Shown: positions 38,644-52,249 of the stretch, one piece after another
How positions within the stretch are numbered: the first letter of the stretch is position 1
Layout of the letters: each line of letters begins with the position of its first letter
Source: Octopus vulgaris
Taxonomy: Eukaryota
Direction of reading: 5' to 3'
DNA length: 64,000 nt
NCBI GenBank assembly: GCA_951406725.2
Contig: OX597832.1
Location: 56,730,001-56,794,000, forward strand
The notes under the pieces: generated by a model
The model's database searches: none
What the model was told of the DNA's origin: nothing
Seen by the model: only the letters and a program-made list of their open reading frames with translations
Translations under genes and position numbers: made by a program

Positions 38644-38644
38644 A

Positions 38645-38900
38645 AAAATAAACGCACCCTTTTAAAGCTTAGCCAGGTTCATTGGCCCGGTTTCCCAGTT
38701 TCAATGGTGTATGTGTTCCCCAACTGGATGGGATGCCAGTCCATCGCAGTGTTACTCATTTTCACCAGCTGAGTGGACTGGAGCAATGTGAAATGAAGTG
38801 TTTTGCTCAAGAACATAACGCATTGCCCAGTCCAGGAATCGAAACCACAATCTTACGATCATGATGCTGACACCCTAACCACTAAGCCACGAGCCTCCAC
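38645..38900 (-). mobile_element. SINE with tRNA head, CORE and V-domain-like segment
   Basis: Reverse strand GGCTTAGTGGTTAGGG..TTCTTGAGCAAAACAC..CCACTCAGCTGG..CTGCGATGGACTGGCATCCCATCCAG. Confidence 0.8.
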
Positions 38901-38979
38901 AAGTCATCACTTGAGTTGGGAGCAGGGTGATAGTAAGGACTTACGACTTTGGCTTGGCTGTCCAATACATTTATACATA

Positions 38980-39500
38980 CCATAAATTCTCGAGTATAGT
39001 CTGCCCTTGAGTATAATACACAGGGGATTTTTAGGGGGCTGTACCTCTGAAAAACCTAAACCTTGTATATAATACGCACCCTTTCTCTAACTTGAGTCAA
39101 GGAGGTCTATATAACGTTCTTGGTTTGTAAAACTGTATATGGTAACGTCCTTTATTATTATTGTATATATAACATAATGCAAACGTGTAGCTTTTTTGTG
39201 CATTTTGTTTGCAGAAAATAAAGAAATAACAGTAATAATAGTAGTAACTTTTAAAAAATGTTGCTTACTGCAAGTTATGGATGATTCTTTTATGACTTCA
39301 TTGCTTTCAGGCTTAGCTTAAGGTATTTTCGCACCCAACATCACAAAATGCATCTGAATAAACATTGCCGGACAGCAAATAGAGACTCAGGCATTGCTTA
39401 GAAAATATTTTTCATTTTTAACCTCGTATATAGTACGCACTAGGGATTTTGACCTTTAAAGTTTGGGAAAAAAATGCGGATTATACTCGAGAATTTACGG
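38980..39500. mobile_element. Tc2/pogo-type non-autonomous element
   Basis: TA|CCATAAATTCTCGAGTATAGTC ... GATTATACTCGAGAATTTACGG|TA; subterminal GTATA(A/G)TAC(A/G)CAC repeats. Confidence 0.85.
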
Positions 39501-39721
39501 TAATCAAAAGCCATGGGGACAACCATAATTAAGTAGATAAAATCTAAGTAGAATCCATTGCTTCAAGACATTATCGGTTCCCTAGCATTGATCATAAATT
39601 AGATAAATGAGAATTTATTGGTAATTTGTGTACAATCTACCATATATAGGAAAATCTAACCTTCAAGACATCAAGAATTTCAAGAAGGACTGCAGATAAG
39701 TAGTTCTTTCTTTGGCTTCAG

Positions 39722-39739
39722 AAACTGGACTGATGTCAG
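39722..39739 (+). CDS. Candidate 18 nt microexon; unverified
   Basis: TTCTTTCTTTGGCTTCAG|AAACTGGACTGATGTCAG|GTGAGT; open in two of three phases. Confidence 0.25.
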
Positions 39740-39941
39740 GTGAGTGCACCACTGTCAAAGGTTTTGGTCATCAATCTTAGTGGTCAGTTTGTAATTTGTT
39801 CAGAGGTAAAGGAAATTATAATCTAGATGACCAGGAATAATTTATGTCACAGGTAATTGCTCCTAAAAGGTTTTCTTTTCTTCCAAATAAATCTTTACAA
39901 CCAGATTCTATATTTTAAGAACAAACTGTAATGATGTGGTT

Positions 39942-39943
<2 letters not shown>

Positions 39944-39989
<46 letters not shown>

Positions 39990-40275
39990 TGTGTTTGTGT
40001 GCGTTTGTGTGCGTGTGTGTGTCTATGTGTGCATGTGTGTGTATATGTGTGTTCATGTGTGTGTTTGTGTGCATATATATATGTGATTGTGTGTGTGTAT
40101 GAGTGTGTATATGTGTGTGTATGTGTGTGTCTGTATATGTGTGCGCATATATGTGTGTATGCATGTGTGTGTATATTATGTGTATGTCTGTATGTGTGTG
40201 TATGTGAATGTGTGTATGCATGTGTGTATATATGTGGTATGCGAGTGTGTATGTGTGTGTGTGTGTGTGTGCATG
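39944..40275. repeat. Degenerate (TG)/(TA)n tract
   Basis: Direct observation. Confidence 0.95.
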
Positions 40276-40723
40276 CATGAAGCAAATCAATTACAAAAAA
40301 GGCAAAATAAAATACAAACAACAAAAGCTCTAAGGACATTCACATTTGGTATTATTAGGGTGAGACTCAAAGAAGGGAAAAAGAAGAGATGAGCCAGAGG
40401 GTTCTGCCCAGTTCTATGTCTGCTTTGGCAAGGCTTCTACAGCTGGATGCCCTTCCAACCACTGGATGCCAGCCACTCAACAGAGTGTGCTCACTGCTTT
40501 TTTTACATGGCACCAGCACCAGTGAGGTTGCCAAATACCCACAAGATAAGACCCCTCAACTGAGCAAGTTGTAGACTGGAGGAATAAGGAACTATGATTG
40601 ATGGAGAGGAGCAGGTGAATACATGGCTTGCTTACCTGTAAAGTGAGTGAGAGAGAGAGAGAGACAGAGAAAGAAAGAGAGAGAAAGAAAGAGAGTAAGA
40701 GAAAGAGAGAGAGAAAGAAAGAA

Positions 40724-40803
<80 letters not shown>

Positions 40804-42016
40804 GGTCCAGTCACATTTCAAGAAATTAAGAACTGATAACCAATTTTCATGAAATTAAGTGACATTGTTAAGGAGAATATCTGATCTTGGTTTGCAGGCA
40901 GGGGAGACAACTATGAACATGTTTTGATGCTACTAAACCACATCAGCATATTACAATCTACTCAAGCTTGTTGGGATTTTGTTGATCTCTTTTTTTTTTT
41001 TAAACACTACATAAAGAGTTCCATGCATTTTTGTCTGGTATAATTTGTGTAGCAATATAACTCTGCGATGCTATACAGCTTTCCTTCCTTGATTCTTTTA
41101 TCACCACCACCATCACCTCCAGTTTCATTCCTCACTATCATTACTGCCATTCATCATCATCAAATTACCCCATGCCAACACGACCACTTTTATCTGCATC
41201 ACCACCACCACCACCACCATCACCACCACCACCACCACCACCACTGCCACCGCCGCCAACACCACCACCACCACCATCAACCATTATCATCGTCATTAAC
41301 ATTCCTGTGCCCTCACAACCTGCTGCTCCTGCAATTACCAAGTACCTCTTCCTGCCTTCCCACCACGACCACCACCACCACCACCACCACTCCCACCATC
41401 ATTATCATTAGCATCCCTATGCCTTCACCCCACCACCACCACCATTAATATCAACATTCCCATACCACCACCACCATTATCACCACCACCACCACCACCA
41501 CTACTACCACCACCATCATCATTATTATCAAGTATCAGTAATTTAAAGTAGCTAATTTGATATAATGTAACAGATTTTTAGCTAATTGAACAGAGATTTC
41601 TGTGAATAATGAGGAAAACTTGTTGCATGTGTAATAATCTCTATGTGATGTAATTAACAAAACGAGGAATTGCCACCAAAAAGTGGTCCTATTTAGAGGT
41701 AAGTAATTTCATTAAAAATAGATTAGACTGTTGTTCTTCAAAGCGGGGTCCCTGCACCACTGGTAGGAGCATGGTACTATTTTAGCAGAGCATGGGTGAC
41801 TTCAGAAAGGGGTGTATATAAGTAAGGAATGAGTGGATACAACCTGCAATAAAATTATATTTCAAACTTCTCTTGTATGTGTTTGTGTGCATGTTCTGGG
41901 TTCAGTCCCACTGCATGGCACCTTGGGCAAGTAGCTTCTACTGTAGCCTCGAGCCGATCAAAGTCTTGTGAGTGAATTTGGTAGAGAGAAACTGAAAGAA
42001 GGCCATCATATATATT

Positions 42017-43066
42017 GTGTTTCCCCGAAAATAAGACCTGCTCTGAAAATAAGCCCTATCATAATTTTTTCAGGATGTTTTTAATATAAACCCTACCCTG
42101 AAAATAAGACTTAGTCAAAAATGCATTGGTTTGTAAGCAAGACCATGTGATGTTTGCAAAATAAATCAACTACCGCAGCTTGGCTAAAGTCTGTGCTAAG
42201 CGTGCATGCATGGCGTTGACTCCCTTTGCTTCACTCTCTTGTCCCCCAGGCAAGATGAGTGCAAAAAGAAAGAGTTATTCTGTGGAGTACAGGAAAAGAA
42301 TTGTGGAAGAGTCACATAACAAGAATCTTATGGCTTTCTGTAAGGAGATGTTGGATCTCTGAATGGTTTGAAAATGGTGAGCAGAGTATAATAATCTCAG
42401 CAGACAGGTGGATGAGGAAAGTGCTAAGAAGCACAAGTATGGATCAGGTTGACAACCGTTATTTTTGGAGCTGGAGGATATCACTTCACGATGGATTGCT
42501 GACAGAAGAACAAAGGCTTTGGTCGTTTACCCTGGGCTGATATTCAAGAATTTGCTCTTGCAATGGCACCACAGTTGGATATACCCCCCAGAGATATTCA
42601 AAGCATCATCTCATTGGTTGGATAACTTCCTTTGGCAATATGAGCTCTCTCTAAGATCGACAGCACAGTTTAGGCTGGAAGATGCTGAAGTGATTCAACG
42701 TACACTTGCATTCAAGTCCTTCATTGATGGAACCGACTTTTCTAAATACAATCTTTCCAATATAATTGCTATGGATGAGACCACAGTATTTATGGGCCAA
42801 GGATCTAAAACAACAATTGAACAGACAGGTGCCTCGTCAATCTACGTTGCTTCAACGGATTACGAATGTGCAAGATTTACTTGCATTTTAGCAATTTGTC
42901 TTGATGGAACAAAAGTCCCACCGCTTATCACAGAGGGCAAAAAAAAAAGAAACAAGAAAATAGAATGAGTTTTGGGCATTTATGTCTGTCCTTAAAACGG
43001 AAAAGGCTTGGTGCACACAAACCGTTATAAGGAAATGGGTTGATTTAACTATACCACTTATTTTAC
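42017..43066 (+). pseudogene. Tc2/pogo-family DNA transposon 5' part with decayed transposase (N-terminal HTH, CENP-B-type HTH, start of DDE)
   Basis: TIR-like TGTGTTTCCCCGAAAATAAGAC with subterminal GAAAATAAG repeats; MSAKRKSYSVEY..ELED....W...R..FKASSHWLDNF..NIIAMDETTVF..RFTCILAICLDGTKVPP; stops and frameshifts. Confidence 0.88.
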
Positions 43067-43253
43067 ATGGTTCAGAAAAAGCAATGAAGACATCCCTTAG
43101 AATTTAAATTGATTAAAATTAATTAAAAATACAAAAAGCAGTGAGGAGTGAGTTTTCTCTTTTATTATAATACAGAGATAACCATGAGAATGTTTCAGCC
43201 CTGTGGAACCTCATCAGCAAAACACAGTCTAACTGTTATTGCAGTTTTTCTCA
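43067..43253 (-). mobile_element. HH3 family copy 2; the transposase relic ends at this element
   Basis: Reverse complement of 31849-32033 with few differences. Confidence 0.6.
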
Positions 43254-43831
43254 TCCCTCTTATATGTATGTAATATAATTTTTCTGAATCTTCAGATTTT
43301 TCTATATGCTAGACCACTGGTTTTAAATTGATATTAATCAAATTAATATTCAATTTTTCACCCGTATTATTTTAAATTTAAATTAAAATAACTATGTTCT
43401 CTAACCGGCAAAATTAACTGCAGAGAATTATTTTCTGCAGAATTATTTCCGGTATTTTGGTGTGCCAAAGTGAAGACTTTTGAAACATAACCCCAAATGT
43501 AATTGGTAGAACTATATACATGTTCAATCTCATGCAGACATCCTTTGCATAGTTCTGCATATTATATTTTGCTATGATGATCACATTGCCGAGTTGCAGA
43601 CATCTATGTAAGTGATTACATAAGTGGTAACAACGAAAGTAGTTTGTGATTAATCTATATATTTTGTATCTTTTCATTTGTCTTGCTCGCTTACATTTTG
43701 GCGTTTGCTGAACTTTCTTGAGAACATTCCTTTCTTAGTGGTAAGACAATAGAGGGTCAACTTCTAGCATAATGAACGTCTACTTAGTGGTCATCCCTCT
43801 TATATGCATGTTATATATATATATATATATA

Positions 43832-43980
43832 TCTTTGTTTTTTCTGTGTACCTTTCTGTAGAAGAGCGTAGGCTTGAAACGTAAATGACTTTTTCCCTTC
43901 CTGAGCGTTATACTAATACATCTGTTTGTTTTGTACACCACCTGTCTTCGTCTTTTGTTGTTTTTTCGTAAACTCTCCCC
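43832..43980 (+). ncRNA. Penelope-like pLTR-type repeat with a minimal type I hammerhead-like motif (HH1)
   Basis: CTTT-CTGTAGA-AGAGC-GTAG-GCTT-GAAAC-GTA-AATG at 43852-43887; flanked by (TA)n. Confidence 0.6.
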
Positions 43981-44076
43981 ATATATATATATAGATAGAT
44001 AGATAGACAGACATACAGATAGATAGATATGAATGTGTGTGTATATGTGAGTGAGAGAACTAGAGAGATAGAGATA

Positions 44077-44135
<59 letters not shown>

Positions 44136-45329
44136 AAGAGGGGAGTATAAACATTGGTGAGAAAACTAATAAACTGGTGTTTTTGGACAGAAAAGGCCTC
44201 GTATGGTTTTTTCTGTGTTTTGACACGCACCCATGTGATTTCCCACATAATATAACCTGTGGTAATGATTGGTCGATTGGGTTGGGGGAGGGGAAGACGT
44301 CTGTGACCTATGATGTTATTGATTACAATAATGTTATTGATCACAAACTGTAATATGAAAGAAAACAGATAAAATAATGGACGTTTTTGATTGAAACGAA
44401 AACAAAATATGTTCTGTTTCAATTTAATTTAAATTGATAGAAAAGCCAGGAGGGAATGCCAAAAATTGATTCCATCAACAGATCATAGAATATGGTAAAT
44501 TCTTTGAGGGACAGCCAAAGAAGAGGCCATAATGTGGCCACTCCAGTTACTAGATATAGCAGCCAAATCTCTTTTATATCACAATGTATCATCATAAAAA
44601 TAGCAAGAACACAACAAATAATATCAACTTAGATACACTATGTCAACAGAAAATAAGATTGGGTGGTCACAAATGGAACAACTTTGATCAGAGGTTTGTT
44701 CAATCAAAGCTGGCAGGGAACTTAACAACAGGGATTGAATAATCTGGATCCCAGAATATTGTAGAACAGAGGAATTTCTTAAGATATACAGATCTACATG
44801 TTGTTATTGGTGTTATTCTAGTATAAGTCCAAACTAGTAATACCAACACCAAAAATAACTGGTGACAACATTTCTACCCCTCGTACCAGAGGAACCATCA
44901 CAGCCAAGAGCACAACCCTATAACAAGTACCGATAATGTTGCTACCATTCCTATTAACATCAACACTGCCCAATCAAAATACCACCACCACCACTACTCT
45001 AACAATAACTCCACCAGTACTATCACACCAAGACTAACCAATATCAGGAATTAAATTATCTCCCCTTTTCTTTGTGTGTTGCTCATGAATGCCACTAGGT
45101 TTTTATTTTCTTTCTCTAAGAAAAAAATTTCCATCCATTAAGAATATTTGTGTGTGTGTGTGCTCGCCATTTCCTAGATCTATACCGTATGTAATTGACT
45201 GATTTAAATAGTATATCAATCAATGTAGCATTGATTTAAATAGTGTATCAGATATCAATATTTAACATATTCTATTATGGCTGTCATAGCTAGAACTCTT
45301 TGAAGTCTCCGCAATAATAATTATTATTT

Positions 45330-45339
45330 CAATAACAAC

Positions 45340-45417
<78 letters not shown>

Positions 45418-45489
45418 AAGAAAAAGAAAAAGAAGAATGATAATAATAAATAAGAAAATCAAGAATAATAACAATAAAAATAATTATTC

Positions 45490-45533
<44 letters not shown>

Positions 45534-45546
45534 CTACTACTACTAC

Positions 45547-45593
<47 letters not shown>

Positions 45594-45618
45594 GTAATAA
45601 TAATAATAATAATAATAC

Positions 45619-45656
<38 letters not shown>

Positions 45657-45721
45657 TCATCATCATGATGATCATGATGATCATGATGATCATGGTAACA
45701 AAAACAACAACAACAACAACA
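45330..45721. repeat. Compound (AAT)/(AAG)/(AGT)/(CAT)/(CAA) tract
   Basis: Direct observation. Confidence 0.95.
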
Positions 45722-47080
45722 ATATCTAGGAGTATTACAGTCTGACTGAGTACTAACTATAGAAATGAAAGAGAAAATTAAGGAGTACATCACAAAGGTG
45801 AAGAAGTTAATGAAGTCAAACCTAAATGGTCTGAATCTAGTGAAGGCTGTAAATACTTGGACAGGGTTGATAATTAGATATACAACAGCTTTTGTAAATC
45901 TATACAGAAGAACTAGGAATTCAATATGAATGGCGGACTCCTTCCTAGAGTAGGAGCAGCAAGATTGGATTTACCTAGGAAGGTGGTAGAGGCATATTAT
46001 TAGTAGAAGATTGTGTGGAGTTAGTACAAGTGGATATAGCCTCCTATGTAGGTAATATTGAAGAAATGTTATTAAGAGCTGCTAATATAACAGTAAAATA
46101 TAGGGAAATAAAAAAGCCAGAAATAAGGAGCAAGTTTATCTGACTGGCAAGAGAAAGCTTTGCACAGTAGATTTCCAAAGAGAGTAGCAGAAAATAGCAA
46201 TATTGAGACATAGTTGTGGTTGCCGAAAGGAAGGCTGGAAAGGGCAACAAAATGTTTGTTAGTAGCAGCACAAGTTCAGATATTAAGGACTAACTGGATA
46301 AAAGCCAAGATAAACAAAAATCAGGTAGATTCCCAGTATAGGTTATGGAAATTAAAAAAGAAAATGTTACTCATGTAGTTAATGAATGTAGTATGCTGGC
46401 AAAGAAAGAATACAACATAAGAGAGGACAATCCACTGGGAGTTATATACAGAGTTAGGATTTAACCATACTGATAAGTGGCATGAATATAAATCTAGTAA
46501 AATGCTAGAAGGTAAGAAAGGAAGGCTGAAAAGAGCAACAGAAAGTTTGTTAGTAGCAGCATAAGATCAGATATTAAGGACTAACTGGATAAAAGCTAAG
46601 ATAAACAAAAATCAGGTAGATTCCCAGTATAGGTTATGGAAATTAAAAAAGAAAATGTTACTCATGTAGTTAATGAATGTAGTATGCTGGCACAGAAGGA
46701 ATACAAGAAAAGACATGACAACTTAAGAGAGGACAATCCACTGGGAGTTACATACAGAGCTAGGATTTAACCATACTGATAAGTGGCGTGAATATAAATC
46801 TAGTAAAGTGCTAGAAAGTAAGAAATATAAGATGTGGGATTTTATCATTCAGACAGAAAGAGTAATAGAAGCTGGAAGGCTTGATTTAGTAGTAGAGACA
46901 AAGAAAATAGAAAATGACAGGTGATTGATTTTATAATTCCATATGATGAGAAAGTCAATGAGAGGTGGAGAGAAAATAGCAAAGTACCAGGATGTAACTA
47001 TTGATAGAGAACGTAGGCATAAAACCTAGTTTAGTGAAGCTCCAAAAGAAAAACAGCGTTATTAGGGGCAGCTAGGTTAT
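45721..47080 (+). pseudogene. Decayed R4/Dong-clade LINE: RT C-terminus, zinc-knuckle region, RLE
   Basis: YLGVLQSD..EMKEKIKEY..V.KLMKSNLNGLNLVKAVNTW; ENVTHVVNECSMLAQKEYKKRHDN; WDFIIQTERVIEAGRLDLVV; ~290 bp internal tandem duplication (46225-46515 / 46516-46825). Confidence 0.85.
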
Positions 47081-47460
47081 TTGTTATAGCCCGATGTTAG
47101 GAATTTTTCCAACAGTCTAATCTGTTGAAATAATGATAATAACAACAACAACAACAACCACCATCACCATCATTATAATCATCATCATCATCATCATCTT
47201 CATCATCTTCAACACTATCATCATTTCTGTGACCAGTGTCATCTTCAGTAATAACGCCACTCCTCTCTTCATCCTCAATATCACCAGAATTGCTATCAAA
47301 GACCCATTCATCCACCACCACCAACGACAACAAGAACTTCAACAATGCAACAGAGCCCATACATGATTGCTCGACCAGCAAGAAATAGTACTCAAATCCC
47401 CTACCCACCCATATTAGACCCTTTGTCTTGAAAATGAAAGGACATATTTGACTAAGTAGT

Positions 47461-47515
<55 letters not shown>

Positions 47516-47518
<3 letters not shown>

Positions 47519-47686
47519 GTAGGAGTGGCTGTGTGGTAAGTAGCTTGCTTACCAACCACATGGTTCCAGGTTAAGACCCACTGTGTGGTACCATGGGCAA
47601 GTGTCTTTTACTATAACCTCGGACCGACCAAAGCCTTGTGAGTGGATTTGGTAGATGGAAACCGAAAGAAGCCCGTCGTATATATG

Positions 47687-47732
<46 letters not shown>

Positions 47733-47933
47733 TGTGTATATATGTTTGTCCCCCCAACATCGCTTGACAACCAATGCTGGTGTGTTTACGTCCTCGTAAC
47801 TTAGTGGTTCGGCAAAAGAGACTGATAGAATAAGTACTAGGCTTACAAAAAATAAGTCCTGGGGTCGATTTGCTTGACTAAAGGTGGTGCTCCAGCATGG
47901 TCACAGTCAAATGACTGAAACAAGTAAAAGAGT
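47516..47933 (+). mobile_element. SINE-A, full length, within (TA)n
   Basis: Complete head to tail; (TA)n on both flanks. Confidence 0.92.
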
Positions 47934-48299
47934 ATATATATATATATATATACAGATATGATGGTCATGGGTGGAAAGCCTTGGATTATAGACCTTTACT
48001 CCATCAGGGTTTGATCTCTGGTTGAACAATTAGATTAACATCACCACCACCACAAACAACAACAACATCAATACCATATGAAACAACAAGACAACCCCTA
48101 CGTGGTTGCCATTGTGTTACAAATACTAACCAAATCTCCCTCAAATCGCATGCTATGATGTTCAAAAAATAAAAAAAAAGGAAAAAGAGAATGGACATAT
48201 AGAGTAATGTTGTTGGCAATATATTAAAAAGGCGTGATGGTCACGGTTGGCATACTGTTGATCACTTGCTTTGAAGGTAAACAATAATGTCATCAATAC

Positions 48300-48790
48300 C
48301 ACAATCACCACCACCACCACCACCACCACCACCACCACCATTTCTCGCACCTCCTTCTCCTCATCACTACCACCATCATCATCACCGCTACCATTATCAT
48401 CAACGGCATCATCATATCACCACACCACCACCACCACCACCACCACCATCACTACCATTTCTACCTCCTTCTCCTCATCACTACAACCATCGTCATCACC
48501 GCTACCATTATCATCAATGGCATCATCATATAACCACACCGCCAACACCACCACCACCACCACCACCACCACCACCACCATCACTACCATTTCTACCTCC
48601 TTCTCCTCATCACTACCACCATCATCATCACCACTACCATTATCATCAACGGCATCATCATATCACCACACCACCACCACCACCATTTCTAGCTCCTTCT
48701 CCTCATCACTACCACCATCGTCATCACCGCTATCATTATCATCAGCGGCATCATCATACCACCACCACCACCACTACCATTTCCGAGTTC
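48300..48790. repeat. ~100-130 bp minisatellite, 4 units, built on (CCA)/(TCA)
   Basis: CTCCTTCTCCTCATCACTAC..TCATCACC(G/A)CTA..ATTATCATCA occurs four times. Confidence 0.85.
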
Positions 48791-49151
48791 TTGCTGCCGC
48801 CGCCGCCCCCGCCACCACCATCAGCACCATAATCAGTGCTGCCCTCTGTCAATAATTAGAAAGAATTTATAAATAGCGCCCACCTCCCCAACCAGCCCCA
48901 CTCCACATAATTATATCTTCACTGGAACGACTGCAAGACATCAAACACAAACATTCACAGATAATCTTTAGATTTATAAATAAATTCAACAATAGATATA
49001 TCTCTGGCATCAATAATACCGTTATTAAATTGCGAAACGACAACACAGATTCCACAGGTAAAGACTTAAAGACAACAACGCAAACTCAATTCCTGCGTTG
49101 AAATTTCTTCTGGTTACGGTGGTACAGCTGTACTCTATTGTGGAATTGTCC

Positions 49152-49625
<474 letters not shown>

Positions 49626-49771
49626 TGAACGTCTAATTGAATAATCTAATTTTTATAAGAGAAAATGTCTTTAAAGACGATTTTTCATGCAAATCTTGAC
49701 TTCAGATGTGAAAAGAAATGACAAAAAAAAAAATCTGCAGGCAGACAGGCAGGCAGACAAAGAGAGAGAGA

Positions 49772-49810
<39 letters not shown>

Positions 49811-50193
49811 AGCGATGGAGGTTGGGGTGGGGGGTGGAAAGCGGAAGAGAGAATGATAGAATGAGGAGAGCAGCAGCAGACAGAGGTAAAAAAAAAAAAA
49901 AAGAGAGCTGGAGAAAGAAGGAAAGAAAGAAAGGAAAGGAAGAAAGGAAGGAAGAAGGAAAGGAAGGAAGAAGTAAGGAATGAAAGAGAGGCAGATGTGA
50001 AGAGGGGGAAGATGATGATAATAGGAAGCAGGAATAGAAATGAGGTAAGACAGAGAGAGAGAAAAATGAAAGGAAGGAGAGAGAAGATGAGAGAAATACA
50101 TGGAGAGGGAGAAGGAGAGAGGGAGGGAGGGAGGGAGAGAAAGAAAGAAATGATTGAAAGAGAGAGAGAGAGAGAGAGAAAGTAATGGCTGAA

Positions 50194-50245
<52 letters not shown>

Positions 50246-50288
50246 TAATGGTTGAAAGAGAAAGAGAGAGAAAAGAGAAATGGTTGAA

Positions 50289-50319
<31 letters not shown>

Positions 50320-50631
50320 GGAGAGAGAAAGGAAGGGGAGAGGGATAATACAGCAGAGATAGTGATAAATAAAGACAGGGATAAAGAGAGAACTAGAGAT
50401 ATATAAAGAGAAAGAGAGAGGGAGAGATAGAGAGAGAGGAAGAATAAGAAAAATAGAGATGGGGAGAGAGAGAGAGAGGATGGGAGGGAAAAGTGAGATA
50501 CAAGTAAAGCTGGAGATAGAGAGATGAGAGAAACAAAGACGGAGAGAGAAAGAGGGATAAAGGAAGAGAGATGAAAGAGCGAGAGAGATAATGAAAGAGA
50601 GATGAAGAGAGAAAGAGAGAGAGAGAGAGAA

Positions 50632-50857
50632 TAAGAGACTGATTTAAAATATTGAGAGATGAAGAGAGAGGGGGAGAGAGCAGGAGAGAAAGAGAGAGAC
50701 TAAGAGAGTGATTTGAAATATTGAGAGATGAAGAGAGAGGGAGAGAGAGCAGGAGAGAAAGAGAGAGACTAAGAGACTGATTTAAAATATTGAGAGATGA
50801 AGAGAGAGGGAGAGAGAGCAGGAGAGAAAGAGAGAGACTAAGAGACTGATTTAAAAT
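50632..50857. repeat. 69 bp tandem repeat, ~3.3 units, at the end of a ~1.1 kb purine-rich tract
   Basis: TAAGAGA(C/G)TGATTT starts at 50632, 50701, 50770 and 50839. Confidence 0.9.
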
Positions 50858-51599
50858 GTTTCTGCTAAATGTTGCCATTTTCTCGCTACCCTCAATAAAA
50901 ATTTTTTTCTTCGGTTTCCTAAAAATGTAGATGTAAATCGTGACATTACATTTAACTTTAACAAGTTGAAAATATTCAAGAACATTTCAAGAAAAATTTT
51001 CAAACATGCCATTTTTTTTTTATAAGACAAAAAAAAAAAGAAAAAAAAAACAAATAAAAATGAAGCAAAACAAACAAAATTTAAAAAATATAGAAATAAA
51101 AATGATTTAAAAAAAAGACCAATCCTAAACTTGGAATGTGAAAGTAAGCTAAAAATATATAAATGCAAAAAAAAATCAAAGAATTTCTCCCTGAGGAAGC
51201 AACTAGTAACTAGTATGTCGTTTGTATTTATGTACCAATGCTGTGGTCATATGGGTGAATGGTTAAGAAGTTTGCTTAGCAATCTAACGGTTACAGGTTC
51301 AATAATACTCCCTGTATGTCATGTCATATTGGTTGAATGTCTTTCTTTCATGTTAGTATTGAGTTGATCTAAATCTTGGGAGTGATGGAAACTTTTGGAA
51401 GCTTGTCAGATGGATAGTAGCAGTAATTACCAAAGGGATGGCCTTATCGCATGCTGCCATGCTGATCCAGTTTAAGAATTACATGAAGGCTACATGTACA
51501 TGAGGAATATCGTGTGCAGACAGGATGCTGAAAGCACTTTTGACAAAGAACAAGAAGCTGAACAGACACAATACTGAATGGACAGAAAGCCAAATGGAC

Positions 51600-51647
<48 letters not shown>

Positions 51648-51654
51648 TCCTATC

Positions 51655-52000
51655 TACAGAGCAGCCAACTGGCTTCCGTACCCGTGGCACGTACAAGGGC
51701 ACCATTCGAGCGTGATCGTTACCGATGTCGCTTCACTGGCACCTGTGCCGGTTGCACGTGTAAAAAGATTTGAGCAAGGTCATTACCAGTACAGCCTGAC
51801 TGACCCTCGTGCCGGTGGCACGTAAAAAGCACCTACTACACTCTCGGAGTAGTTGGCGTTAGGAAGGGCATCCAGCTGTAGAAACTCGGCCAGATCAAGA
51901 TTGGAGCCTGGTGCAGCCATCAGGCTCGCCAGTCCTCAGTCAAAATCGTCCAACCCATGCTAGCATAGAAAGCGAACGTTAAACAATGATGATGAATGAT
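51655..52000 (+). mobile_element. Family H RTE-type tail with three tandem units
   Basis: Collinear with 3570-3983. Confidence 0.82.
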
Positions 52001-52249
52001 GATAGTTTAATGACCATTTTAGACTGTCAAATGGTCATATTGTAGGATTAAAACAATTATCATATCTTTTAATTTTTGTATGTCTTTTTGGCATCTTGTC
52101 TATTCAGCTTTATGCCCGTTTGGCATTCTGTCTGTTCGGCTTCAGCAAAAGTGCAATCAGCATCCCATCCATGTACCAGGAATACATACACAGCCACACT
52201 AATTCAGATGATCAAGGAACTAAATCTTCATCACTGGAATCGGTAGAAA

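Noticed and set aside
40628-40660. Minus-strand pyrimidine tract plus TTACAG|GTAAGC, resembling a recursive splice site
   Set aside because: The pyrimidine tract is a CT microsatellite and the site abuts a family-H repeat; no evidence for a minus-strand host gene
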